A stretch of 64,000 nt of DNA from Lepidodermella squamata (GCA_047495785.1 JBLDXI010000073.1:124001-188000); one strand, 5' to 3'; positions 37,346-50,324 are shown, counted from the stretch's first letter. Translations and numbers: made by a program. Notes: a model not told the origin generated them from the letters alone.

Positions 37346-37666
37346 TTGCGCGCAACTATGTCAAAGGGCTACTTTCGAATAATCTGTCGGTTTTTATACC
37401 GAAATGAAGCTAAATAAATTCCCTATCGATTGCATATTAGGATGTAGGTCAAAATAATTATGGTGGCATTTTTAAATGCGCACTCCAAATTTTTAGTAAT
37501 TAGCGTGAACGCCTTGATAAAATATGCGTGCGAATTTAAAAATCCACCTTAATTATTTTGACCTACATCCTTATATTCAATCGATAGGGAATTTTTTTAA
37601 ATTCATTTTGGTATAAAAACCGACAGATTATTCGAAAGTAGCCCTTTGACATTGTTGCGCACAATG
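37346..37666. mobile_element. MITE-like palindrome
   Basis: About 140-bp imperfect inverted arms (atgtcaaagggctactttcgaataatctgtcgg... vs ...ccgacagattattcgaaagtagccctttgacat) around a short spacer. Confidence 0.75.
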
Positions 37667-37773
37667 CAAAATATCTTTCCTTTGCGAGTGCACTCTTGGC
37701 GCACTTTTGAAGCCTTTTCAAGGAAGTCTACAAATGAGCAAATAAAATCAAGAAAATTATTGCTCTCTAGCTT

Positions 37774-39785
37774 CTAGCTGTCCGGAACATGGCTGAACAA
37801 AAATTTCACCGATTCGTTGTTATGCGTGCGTCGTATCGCCTCGGCAATTATAGGCGCAATATCGATGACCTGAATCTTGGAGCACTGGCGTTGATGCTCG
37901 GCCTGCGGAATGGAATTCGTCACTACAACAGCTTCGACAGGCGATGCGAATAAATCACTAGCCGCATCGCCGGACAAGATGCCATGCGAAGCTATGACGT
38001 AGACCTTGGACGCGCCGTGTTCCAACAAATTTTCAGTAGCAGACACAATGTTGATACAAGTATCAGCAATATCGTCTAGGATTATACAAATTCGATCGCG
38101 AACCTCGCCGACAAGCACCATTTCGTCACGCAGCGTGACTGAGCCGTTTGAATTTCGACTTTTTTGTATCAGCAGCGCGAAATCAACCTTCAACGCATCG
38201 GCTAGGGATGTAACCCGTTTCGCGTTATCAGCCCCTGGCGCGACTACAACGCATTTTGACCAGTCTTTAACGTTGGCCTTGACCCATTTAACGACCAAGG
38301 GTTCCGAGTAGAGATTGTCGACGGTTACGTCGAAGAAGCCTTGGATTTGCGAGGCGTGTAAATCCATGGTTAGGATTCTGTCTGCCCCGGCGACTGATAG
38401 CATGTTCGCGACGAGTTTAGCGCTGATTGGACAGCCGATTTTGCCGCGCGTGTTGCCGTCGAAGCGAGAGTATGGGAACAGCGGCATGACGGCGGTGATG
38501 CGATCGGCGGATGCGTTGCGGCACGAGTCGATCATGATTAGCAGATCCATAAGCGCGTCGTTGACTTCACCGCAGCCACTCTGGATGATGAACACGTCCT
38601 CGCCACGCACCGAGTCGTTGATTTCGATTCTAAATACAAGGGGAAGTTAGCATTGTATCAAAGTCACCAGAACTTTTTTCGAATGCGCATTGAGGTTTCT
38701 GAAAAAGTTCCTGATGCAATGCCCTGTAAAGAAAAGCTGTACCTTTCGCCTTTTGGGTATAAGTTAGCTATTATTTTTTAATCCCGCATTTATACGCAAT
38801 GGATCCGTTCATTAGGAATTAAGGAATCATGATTGTTCACGGGTTTGATTGTCTTTCTCAGCAAAACGATTATTAGGAGTTGGGGTTAGGGTTAGGGCTT
38901 GGTTCATGTCTAGGGCTAAGGTTACGTCTATAGGGTTGGGTCGATATTCGAGTTTTCACAGAAGTTCAATTTTAGTGCCTTTGCACTTCAAAAATCCATA
39001 CGGCACAAACTTACTACGTTTTGGGAACTATTATTGCTTCATTTCCATTTTTACTTCACATTTTACCGAAATCCTATCGCTGTTGTAATTTGGAATTCTT
39101 CTTGAAATTTCAATTAATTTGTTGTTTTTAAAAAATTAATATAAACTTAGCCCTGAACCCGAACCAAGCCGACCCTAACCCTAACCCTAACCCTAACCCT
39201 AAATTCTTACCCTAAATCCTAACCCCAACCTTAATCCTCGTTTTGCTGCGTTTGGATTGGACTTGGATCCATGTTTGGATTAAAATTTGGAAGCGAAACA
39301 TTATTTCTCTTTTCCACGAAACGTGAAAACACGTGAAGATTTTTTTATGGGTTCAAAGTACAATTTGTAAGAAATGACTCATCTACTACCTGTACTCAAA
39401 TTAAGGTTAAAAATCTCATCAGAATTATGAATTTAAGCTTTTTCCTGTGCGATTTTGACCATTTTTCACGCGCAAGTTTCTTTCATGAAGTTGTGATTTT
39501 TCCAGAATTTTCATAATAATAAGAATTTTCAAAATTTGAATTATCGAGAATAAAACAGTCATTAAAATCTTTCCCAGGCTTGAAATTTTACAAAATTATT
39601 TGGTTTAAAATGTTTGATAATTCCTAAAATGACTTCAGACTTCAGGCTTTTGCTCTCACTCACCTTGATTCGTCATTGCAGAATTTAGACACCACAGATT
39701 TAGCAAGAGGTATACCCAGGTTGCCGCATATCAGTTGAGCCAGTTCTGGATGCGAGCCGCCTGAAAAGACTTTGATATTTCGCAT
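37774..39785 (-). CDS. PRPS: Ribose-phosphate pyrophosphokinase (PRPP synthetase) family, divergent; exons 39664-39785 and 37774-38629 (325 aa)
   Basis: [54 protein letters not shown] and [13 protein letters not shown] are PRPS1/2-like motifs; phase-2 GT-AG intron. Confidence 0.92.
38859..39248. mobile_element. Intronic inverted-repeat element whose arms contain telomeric TTAGGG/CCCTAA units
   Basis: Left arm cagcaaaacg...ggggttagggttagggcttggttc...agggctaag (38859-38920) is the reverse complement of the right arm cttagccct...gaaccaagc.(ccctaa)5...aacccc...cgttttgctg (39145-39249). Confidence 0.7.
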
Positions 39786-41755
39786 CGTTTATTATTGCAG
39801 ACTGCAGGCTGCACGACAGCACAGCTTAACAATACGTAAAAACAGGCTACAGACTACTATAATAACAATTTAACTCGACCATCTCCTATATATGATAGAA
39901 CACAGAGGGAAAAATATATACAGAGATCACAGCAATATTAGAGATGCAAATTCAGCGCCAAATTTAACGGCGTTAAAACATTGAAAAAAATGAATAAATT
40001 ATTGATTTTTTTCTCGCACTATGGCGCATGCTTGAGCACACAAACCCCGAGCCAAAAGAGCGATTTTCGCACGCTAAAGTTGAATTTACTCAAGAGGTCG
40101 TTAAAACAGCTCTGCCGTCTGAACTTTGAATAAGAAAAGCCTATAGCACAGGTGTATACTGTGTTGTAGTAGTAGTAGCATGGGATAAGCATCAAAACAT
40201 ATATTATGCGTATATATCGAGCGGCGTAGACACGCAACACAAGTAATTATATTACGCATCAATAATACACGTGCATGCACCGCCTCACACACCTTTTAAC
40301 CACATTATACCTGAGTACTGCATACAATCTGTATAGCAGGGTTTTTTGGCTATAGGAGGAAAACCATTTAACACGGCTTTGTTTGAAGCCAAAAAGCTAT
40401 AGGCTGTGGTAATGCTACCTGTCAATAAAATCGACCAGCTGCTTGTATTTGTTATACGCAGGGCTGTAAAACCCTGAGATAGATGCACTAAGCTACTATA
40501 GCGTTGTTTGCTGCCTGGTTTGAGGACGCCCTTTGTTATCTCCATTGATACGCGAGTGTAAATAAGGGCCTAATAAACGTTATTACACTGCGGTATGGTT
40601 TGGTTATCTTATCTGCCGGTGGTTGCTAAGGACGCTGGACTTCTTTAACCGACAATTTATGCCCAGTCCAGGGTTCAGATTTACGATAGCAAAAAAACAC
40701 AAAAAACAGCACAAAAACATCAGAAACTAGGAAGAAACAAGACAAATGATATTTGATTACAGTCTTCAATGTTTTTACTCTATGCACCGAATTACGCGAT
40801 CAAATTAGAACTAGTGAAATCGACAGGAATTCATTAACGCCTTATACGAAGTAAACATCCTGGTCGCTTGTGCTCATAAATTTTCAGTATCGATTAGCGG
40901 CGTAAAAAAGTGGGACACACACGGAAATGTTGTGGGTTCATTTTTTCGTGTACTATCAAAAGCTTGCCGGAAGCTAACGGTACCTCGAATCTGTAGGGTG
41001 CAATCTCAAATGTCCTATTAAAAGATTAATAATTCATCAGGCTCAAAAAGTCTTGAAGCCTTGAAGCTCCAATACTATGTCGATTTGAGTACTAGCCCAA
41101 TCTGTACTAGTAAAAATTGGAAAAATCTTTTTGATGGCGAAAACCTCTGCTGGAAAATGGCATTACCCAAGCCAATTACCCTAATGACGAGCCAATTTTG
41201 GATCTCTGATTAAAAAGGTATCAGTGTCCGCTTTTTTGTCGCTTTTTATTCACCATTTCTTATGAAGTTTTACGCTCGGACATAGTTGTGCACTTTAATT
41301 AATGATTCTTCGAACTTCAAACTCAAAAATCCGAAAATATATCAATGTCGTAGGTGAATCGAATTATGCAAGAACACGATTGTTTGAGGTTTATCCGTGA
41401 ACCACACTCCGCATCCTGTTATGCTTCCTTAATTGAGAACAAGTCGAGAATATCTGAGTATGAGGTCGAGTGGTTTTTTTCTGCCGTAGCTAAGGACGCT
41501 AATTGCTCCGCATCGATTTTCGCCAAGCTCTGACGTCATTCGCCTCACCCTCAAACATCTTATTCGCAGTAATTAAAAAACTACAATTTACAAAAAACAC
41601 CTTTGCCCTAGAAAGCTTAGTTCAAACCAATTCAAACAGGTAATTGCCCTCTATTAATAAATAGCCGGCTCAATTAACAGGTAATCGATTAATGGGACGA
41701 ACGTATTTAACCCCTTTTTATTCTGTTTTTTTTCTATCAAATTTATTAATTAATC

Positions 41756-42993
41756 ATGGAAACTTTAAAAGAAGTTGACGAATCTTTCGAATCAGGGCAG
41801 AAAGAAGGCGAACTGGCTGAAATGGTTTCGAGGCAAGTTGGAACTTTGGATTACTTCAAAGCTTTACTTTCAGGCATTTCAGGCAAGAATCCACCCTAAA
41901 ATACGTATCCGGAATCAGAAAGCACTTGATGGTCGTTAAAACAATGGGCCGAGTCGGGGATAACAAAGCAAGGTTCAAGTTATCAAATCTTCCAAGATCT
42001 CTATCGACGAATGACGTAAATGCGGATCGGGAAAACATGGAAAGCCCACAGCCAAAAAAATCAGCAATGAAAAAGAAGAAACTACCCCAAGTTGAGGAGA
42101 ACGAAGAAACATTGGTGAGTGTCAGCAATCTATTCGAAACAGCTGATGGCTCTTTGATGAAATGTCCCGAGGAGGAGAAAGCCCTTGCTAACGCGAAACT
42201 CTTCCGTTTGAAGTTATTAAGCCAAAAACATGCGACATACCTAGCTCCAACTTTAGAGTCGTTCAAATCCCATCGAAGGGCGACTTACGTTAATGTCCTA
42301 ACTACCAGCCCGACTGATATTCAGGAAAAGGTCGGAAATAGCCAGAAGCAGTTTCAAAACGCGTTGAATCGAGCGAAAATTGTTCAGAAAATCGGCCCGA
42401 CTTTACTCGGGCAACAGGCCAGTCAGCAATTCTTAGCAGTGCCTCCGTCGAATTTCATACCCGAGGGAGTTGTGAAGAAAGGAATTTTACCCCAGTCTGG
42501 CATATCGAAAATCAAAATAGCGGCGAGGATCTTATCGAAGAGCCCGAGTAAAGAAACAGTCTCCTCCCAAGAGCCAAATGAAGACGCGAATTCGAAATCT
42601 CCAGTCGGGAAGAAATTACTCAAAAGCGTGAAACTTATCGAGCCCTTCATGAACGAGCGGAAGAAGAAGACCCCTGTGCCGAGAGAACCCCGTGAGACGG
42701 ATAAATACGACACTTATTTAATGAAAGTCTTCCTCCAGGATATTTTGAATGGGAAATACACGCCTGAGCTTGAGTTGAACAATCGAAACCTAGCCGAGAC
42801 GAGCTCTTTGGCTAAATCGAGAATCAGCACCCATTTTCGACCTTTCACCCTCTACAGCGATGGCGGTAGCCGGCGTGCAAGTCCAGACTGGATGCCAGAT
42901 GGGGATGAAATTGGGGGTTTCATCATCGGAACTCGCTGCTCTGAAGACTTTAAAATATGCCTGAATGATATTACTCATGAGAATGAAAATTGA
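41756..42993 (+). CDS. Unknown-family protein, tandem copy 1 (exon 1 41756-41832, GC-AG intron)
   Basis: METLKEVDES...; shared motifs RQESTLKYVSGIRKHL, FRLKLLSQ..LAPTLESF, IGTRCSEDFK; AATAAA downstream. Confidence 0.75.
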
Positions 42994-43377
42994 CCTGGCC
43001 TACTTTTTCGAAAAAATGAATGGCAATAAATAAGTTGTGACGCAGATTTTTGTGTTTATTCAGCCGGACATGTCACGGAAATGTATTTACTCAATTTTTA
43101 TTGCGTTTATGATGTAATTCGGACAACCATCCGGGAATTTTCTAAACGGAAACACTTTAATGCTAATTCACCCTTCGCGGCTATTTCTGTTTTAAACGAG
43201 GATCCGGGTGTGTCTTGAAGTGCGAAAAAACTTGCGTTGAAGGGCTCTTAATTGCGTAATTAAAATTGCCCATGTGACACAAGTCAATTGTGAGGGAACA
43301 ATCTCGACCCCCCACTTTATAAATTGCCCTGTCGTCTTCAAAATTCTTGAATTAGTCCACATTCAACTCAAAACGCT

Positions 43378-44221
43378 ATGTTCCTGCCAGGTGCTGGGAG
43401 AAAGCCAAAGCCAGAACCCGTCGCTAGACTCGAAATAAGGTAAAATTACTAAAATATGCAAAATTAATTATTAAATTAATCTAATTTGCATAATTCCATA
43501 CTAATTAATCTGTTTTGCATAATTTTATATTAATTACCCTAATTTGCATAATTAATATTTATTGTCTGCTCATTTGCATATGCATAATTTTCTGACTTGA
43601 ATTTATTTTTATTTCAGGCAAAAAAAGACTCTGGAATACACAACGGCAATTCGGCAGCATCTCCACACCGTTAAAACTATGAGCATTATGGATCACCGGC
43701 AAATCAACCTCTCGTCCCTGCCCAAGATCGAAATTGAGGAGGACGCTTCTGGCAATACAACGATCCATGTTGAAGAGATCGATGAAGAAGTGACGCGGAG
43801 TCGTATTCAGGCCAAATTTTTCCAAGTCCCACTTCTAAGCCAGGACGTTGTAGTTTGGTCACCGTCCGTCGAGTCATTCAAATTACGAAAAAATCGAGAT
43901 TTAACCATCAAATTACTGGAAGAAAACGACGACCCCTTGCCTATTGACGAGGCTTTAGCTGGGGTGGCTAAAGCGAATTTATTGGTCCTACCGAAGCAGG
44001 ATGTAAACCCAAACGCGAGATTACCTTTGCGGCGATCTTCCTCAAACGGCCAGAATGCAACGAAAATCCCGGTTCGGCCCACTCTAAGCCACGAAATTGT
44101 AATCGACGAAGAGCCGAAAAACCCTGATTACGTCATTGGCACAAAGTGCTCGGACGAATTCAAGAAAACTCTTGAAGAGTTTGCTAACGCCAATGTTGTT
44201 CTGAATTCCAAGACAAAGTGA
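43378..44221 (+). CDS. Unknown-family protein, tandem copy 2 (exons 43378-43439, 43618-44221)
   Basis: TATAAA at about 43318; motifs RQKKTLEYTTAIRQHL, FQVPLLSQDVVVWSPSVESF, IGTKCSDEFKKTLEE. Confidence 0.8.
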
Positions 44222-44449
44222 CATGGATTTTTTTCTATAACGCTCCCACGAGAATTTCCCCGTGCCTTGTGTGCGATAATTGAATTTTGTTAATTAATAA
44301 AACACAAAACCGTGAGTATTTTGCCGGATGTGTTGGTGAAGTTGTAATTAGCTTCCGCTCTTTTCATTGATTGAAAGTTCTAGATTAGCGGAAGTTTTCC
44401 TGTTTCTGAGAAAAATAAGCCAGGCCAAGTTATTTAGCGAAATTCAAGA

Positions 44450-45176
44450 ATGGAGGTTTATCGAAAACGACCTGTTCGCGAACGAAGGGAGTTCATCATT
44501 GCCAAAGTGGAAGAAAGGTAGGCTTCTAAACCTCCGAAAAACACGTTTATCAATCATTTTTAACAGGCAAAAGCAGACTATCGAATATGTGAATGCAATG
44601 CGGCGCCATATCCATGCTGTTCGAGCTGCTTCAGCCTCGATTAACAAACGAATCTCCCTTTCTCACCTGCCCAAAGTTGAATCTAGCGATGACGAGGATG
44701 ATGATCGGAAAACTACGACTCAATTCAGCCAAAGTCGTAGTAAGACATCGATTTCGTTCAATCTGGACGATAAGAAGGCGTGTAAAGAGGCGGGGATTTT
44801 TCGATTGAAGCTCCTGAGCCAAGACTACCACGTCTGGTCGCCTTCCGTTGAGACGTTTCAGCTGAGGCGCTTCAAAAAAGCGGCTGTCAGCACGTTTTGC
44901 CCGGATGGGGATGAAATCGGTGCGGCTACAACTCGGCGGGGTGAATTGTTGGCTACGATTTTGACGGATTACAGCGATATCGATGAGGTTCCTAACAGAA
45001 CGCCAGATAGCCTGGCTGATATTGATGAGCAAGTGTTTGAAGGCGACAGGCTCCTTGTTGAGCACACGTGTTCGGATGAATTTCTGCGAACTCTGGAGGA
45101 ATTTGCGCCTGTTGTCGTGAAACCGTGCTCTGCCCCTGTCAAACCACGAGAAGTTTTTGATAAAGACAGAATTTGA
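44450..45176 (+). CDS. Unknown-family protein, tandem copy 3 (exons 44450-44517, 44567-45176)
   Basis: MEVYRKRPVR...; motifs RQKQTIEYVNAMRRHI, FRLKLLSQDYHVWSPSVETF, HTCSDEFLRTLEE. Confidence 0.8.
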
Positions 45177-45451
45177 CATTGACGATACTCAATGAAAACC
45201 GGTGATTTGGCCCGAATATTCTGAATAAATTCATCATGGGTTTCGGGTTCAAAATGATCGTATTTATATTCCGATTTTTCATGTGTCTTCTTGGCAAAGC
45301 TACCAAGTTAAATGCCGGGTTTTTCCAGTTTCATTCAACTAAATCGCGGATAATTAGAAGACCGAAATTACTCTTGCAGCTTCGATTTTGGGAAAATACA
45401 TGAATCGCTAGGGAATAGTTTAATTGCTGCACAATGATGGGACAATTTGAT

Positions 45452-46760
45452 TTATTTATTTATTTATTTATAAGCTTTAACGCCCAGAAGAGGGCAGCTT
45501 GACAAGAGGTAATTCAGTTTTATGGGCATTTACTTTATCAGTCGAGCGATCGAGTTTCCTTCTATGCAGCTAATTTGAATTTGAATTTGACTGTAAAGCA
45601 AAATTCGGACATTGAGGCTGTATGCGAGAGAAAAGGGAAACCTTGAAAAGGCGATATGCGATGGCTCACATTCGAACACGCGTTCAAGTTGAACTACCCG
45701 AAACTTCCTCGCCTTCCTTGTGGACAAACAAGGGTCTATTGTTCCCACCTACCTCCCATACTCGGACACCCGATAAACTCTTTTTTTATCGACAAGTATG
45801 TAATAATTTGACACAATACCAGAGGCTAGGCATACCCAGCACCAATTATGTTATTACCCAGACGAAAATCAGCAGACCGAGAGCTCAGTAGATCGTACGT
45901 AGATCCAAAAGGCAAAATATCCGTCCAAAATTGTTGTTTTTCCGACCTATTGTCGATCTATTAAACTGGATCTACGGGCATCGATCCTGTGTAGGCCCTA
46001 ATTTTACCATTCGATCTACGTAGGGTCGAACCCTTACGATCTACCCCAGTGTCAAATTTAGACCGAGCCATGGTCTACTTTTTTTCGACTAGGTATTATC
46101 CTAGTTCAAATACCCTTGGCAACTCTAGTCGAAGACCATGATCAGAAAATTCGCTCAGTCGTATCGCCGCCCATCTCGGCTCTTCTGATCCGATTCGAAC
46201 GCGTTGATCAGCAGTGGTAGTTGCTACGTCGGTGCCAGCCACCACGCCAATCTTCGACTTCGCGCCATCCCGGGCGCCCAGTATCCAGCAGGGGAAGCAG
46301 TTGGCCAGTGACAGGCCGACAGGCCAACTTCGGTAAAAAATCGAACAGGTGTTGAATTTAATTGCTCAGCCTGAGCTGCTCATCTTCGAGAGCCCTGTTC
46401 TTGCTAGGACAGCTCTAGGTTGCGCCAGCCTCTACCGCCGTTGGCGCCTGGACTCGATTGCATCCGCCATTCGGCTGGCCTGTGTGGAAGTAGGATCCTG
46501 GAGCTGATGTGTTTTCTAGCACCCATAGTCGAAGAAACCAAAGGGTCCCCTGTGCGGTTTTTTCAGCCCTCCTCTAGTTGGAATCCCAGAGCTGGGCTTT
46601 TGCGAAACCCCAGCACCCCTGTACTTCGAACTTAGCACCCTGCGGCTGGCGGTATTACGGTTCACCGCCTAGACCAGCTTCCGCCTAGCTGCGGGGTCAA
46701 CTGGCTGCTGGAGGTTTCGCTGTGGTTGTTCTTCTCGTATCCAAATAGTTGATTTATTGA
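45452..46760 (-). mobile_element. Degenerate non-LTR retrotransposon fragments with a (TAAA)n 3' tail
   Basis: (ttta)n-taagctttaacgccc.aagagggcagcttgacaagaggtaatt is near-identical to 58720-58775, and 46590-46632 resembles 60391-60432. Confidence 0.55.
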
Positions 46761-47242
46761 ATTCAGATCTAGTTTTTGAAGGGAAACCAGGAGAGTCTGT
46801 CAGGCGCAGACCAAGCGTGCCTTGTTAGGCACGCGCTACACATATGGCGACCAGGGCAAATGCCGAAGGTTGCTTGCCCCTTGCCTCAGGTTGTAAAAAG
46901 CAAATGCTTATTAAATATCAATTTAGTTCTGATTCTTTTCCTTTTAATCAAGCAGAATGCACGGTGAGTAATAATTCAGAGTAGAGTAGTAGAAACCATG
47001 CCATTTGCTGAGCCGGCGCCGCTGCGCAGTGATTTTAGTAATCTGACCAGCGACACGTGCCGTATCGATTCGAACCGGATACCACTTAGCGCGCGACGCA
47101 ACATCACCGCACTCGAAAGTCATGCACCTCTTTTAGCCCCGCGGCACTTTAATTACTATACGCTGTATTGCTTATAAATAATAAAAACCGCAAGTCACAC
47201 AGAAAAAAAATCACTAGTACACAAAATTGCTGCGCGACAAAA

Positions 47243-47996
47243 ATGAGCACTGGAAAAGCGGCGAGACGAGAAATGGAGGCGAGGTATGTTTTTCGAGAAA
47301 AAAAACAGCTTAATAAATTAAATTTTTAATTACAGGCAAAAATCGACCCTGGAATACGTAAAAGCGATAAGACGGCATTTACATGTTGTTCGATCTCTGA
47401 GCTCAACTGGGAATCACTTTTCTAGAAATTCGCTACCACGACTTTCACTGACCCAGTTGCCGAAAGTTGAGAATGAGGCGAAACAAGATGAGGAAAGACG
47501 AGCTTCTCTCAAGGCTGAAGGCTATTTTCGAGTTCGGCTTCTCAGCAATGATTTTCAAGTTTGGTCCCCATCTTTAGCGACTTTCAGCCGATTGGGGCGA
47601 AGGTCAAATTCGTTTGCTGAAACTACCCCCTCCCCGTCGAGAAAACGGCCGATCGAGTCTTCCTACAGCAGTAAAACAAGTAGCCGGAAATCGAGCCTGG
47701 ATGCAAGGAGCTTGGCGAGTTCTGAGGATGTTTTCACCTCTCGCCCGATTGCTACAGCAATGGATTTCGCTGCGATTTGCAACAGTGAATTTGCTAGCCC
47801 GCATCTCGGCATGGAGACGATTTGCGACTCGCCAGAGCTAGCGACTCAGTCGTGCTCGCCGGAATTTCGGCGCGTACTCGATGAACTGGCTGCGTTGTCC
47901 TTACTCGCGTACGATTCATCATCGCAGCACGCCAGTCCTACCCTTGATACTGACAGTGAATCTGTGGATAATAACAGCATTAGCAGCAGCAAGTGA
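47243..47996 (+). CDS. Unknown-family protein, tandem copy 4 (exons 47243-47283, 47336-47996)
   Basis: TATAAA at about 47173; motifs RQKSTLEYVKAIRRHL, FRVRLLSNDFQVWSPSLATF, QSCSPEFRRVLDE. Confidence 0.8.
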
Positions 47997-48385
47997 TTAT
48001 GATGAAACGTTTTGTGATGCATACGCTTTTTCATGCGTGTTTTCACTCATCGGTATTGTTAGCTCATGCGGAACGCAACGAGTAAAAATTCGCAGTAAAA
48101 ATTGAACAATCGTGTTTTAAGCTTGTGAAATATTGAAACAAGTCCGTTTTGATACTTTAACTTGAAATTTCACCCAACTATAGCAATCACCATCTTAAGG
48201 AAACCTAATCGATCCTCGGCCCAGATCCATAACACAGGTCTTGTACTTCGTAATCAGGTCTCAACCGCTTGGGTTGAAGCCTCCATACCAAGATGATCTC
48301 TTACAAAATTGGCATGACCTATCGAGATTGGTCTGCCCTAAATTCGATGATTTGTTCGTTTCGATTTGTCTTAGATTTCAAAGTA

Positions 48386-50324
48386 ATGTCCGGCGAACAC
48401 GAAGCAGATCAAGCGTTGAAGTCTTACTACGGCAGTGGCCCTCTTCGCCACTACTACTCCTCCCTTCACCACCACGAGGCTGTCGAAGATTATTTCGCAC
48501 CCCATCAATCAATGGATACGAAGGGTGCAGCTTGCGAAGCCGGTCAGCAAGACTCACCCTACACGGTAGTCGAGAGATTTCGCCAGGGCGTCGAATTCCG
48601 AGGCAAGCTCATCGGCTCTCACAGCGTCTCTGCAGCAACTGGAGAGGAAATGTGTAGATCCCAATTGGCCTTGTTACGAGCCCAGGTCCGAGCTAGTAAG
48701 AAGCATAAACCCAGGGTTATCATCCGTATCACTAACAAAGAGGTTAACATCATTGATCAAGACGCTGAGGTAATTATTGAAACTCCTCTATTTTTCGCTG
48801 AATCCCACAATTATTCAAAGAAAACGCTGCATAGCATCAAGCTGCATACGATTTCCTATATTTTACCCGATCCTGGGGATCAATATGCGTTTGGATTTGT
48901 CTGCGGGGAAAAACAAGGGCCATGGACATTTTTCGGCCTCAAAACAGTTTCTCCCGTATGATTTCGAGAAAACATCCAAATTTTCCATTATATTTTCGTA
49001 ATTTGTAGTCGATAGCTCCTATTGTAGCTGTGAAAGAGCTTTTCGAAGCTCTATCAGCGATTGCTAAGGGAAATGTTGGCAAGAACTGGGACCATTCTCA
49101 GCATGTTTTGGAACGCTACAAGCACGGGATCGAATTTCGCGGGAAATTTATTGGTTATCAAAACGTTCCGCACCCTAACGGGGATGAAATGTGTTATCAA
49201 ACTTTGGCAAAATTACGAGCGGATGTTCTGGCTAGCAAGAAGCATAAAACACGCGTTGTGCTTCATATCACTGATAGAAGCATCTACATTATCGATCAGG
49301 ACATTGGGGCAAGTATTCTAGAGTGAAAGGTGGCGAGATGTAATTTTGACCTTATTTCAGGCAACTTTGAATGTCGTGCATTTGGATACTATTTCCTACG
49401 TTATTCCTGATCCTAATGATGAACATGCTTTTGGCAAGTCTTCTTTCTTTTTTTATCTATCAAATTGAACTTTGATTTCCAATCAGGATTCATCACCGGT
49501 GATAAGTCCGGACCATGGATGTTCTTCGGCTTCAAATCTGTGCTTCCGGTTATTTTCTTATTTTCTCTAAAACTTCCTTCGAAAATTGTGATTTTAGAGT
49601 ATGGCTCCTATTTCCGTTATAGCCGAGCTTTTATCAGCTCAGGGTGGGCACTTGAAAACTCACGATAACAGCCTGAAAGATGGGGACAAACTGATTGAAC
49701 GATACAGCCATGGTGGCTTCGAATTTCGAGGGAAATTGATTGGTCATGAAATGGTGCCGGCTCCTACAGGGCACGAGATGTGCCTAGCCTCCCTTGGCCG
49801 GCTCAGAGCAGCTGTTTTGATTAGCCGTGTTCACAAAGTCAAGGTTGTGATTCATATCAACGATCACAATATCCGAATTAAGCAACAAGATAATGGGGTG
49901 AGGTTTTTGTACAAAAGTGAAACATTGTGACATTCAAAATATTCACAGACAATTTTGCACGCTGTCAAAATAAAAAATATTTCCTTCGTCGCCTCAGATC
50001 CTAACGATCAACATGCATTTGGTGAGGAAATTATACGCAGAAAATTGAATTTTCAAGTAAATCTTTTTCGCAGGATTCATTTGTGGCGAGAAAACTGGTC
50101 CATGGTACTTTTATGGCTTCAAAACTGTTCTTCCAGTTTGTTGGATTTTTTGAGGATTACAACAATTTTAGCAATTTTTTGACGATTTCCAGAGTATAGC
50201 CGTTATTGGATCGATAAGGGAGCTATCTGAGGCTTTGACTGAACTAGCAAAAAGAGGATTACGGCGCTTGTCCGACGATCAATCTGTCGAATCGAGCGAA
50301 GTCAGCATGAACATTCATCTTTAG
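48386..50324 (+). CDS. Protein with three tandem Disabled-like PTB/PID domains, multi-exon
   Basis: Three copies of ER[FY]..G.EFRGK.IG...V....G.EMC...L..LRA.V..S..HK..V...I, then I.[YF]...DP.D..AFGF..G...GPW.F.G.K, similar to Dab1/Dab2 PTB; intron positions are homologous between repeats. Confidence 0.85.

Noticed and set aside
39172-39202. True telomere or chromosome fusion site
   Set aside because: Only about 5 units, inside an intron and part of an inverted-repeat element.
40019-40545. Short minus-strand ORFs upstream of PRPS
   Set aside because: No recognisable homology or splice structure; likely non-coding or repeat-derived.
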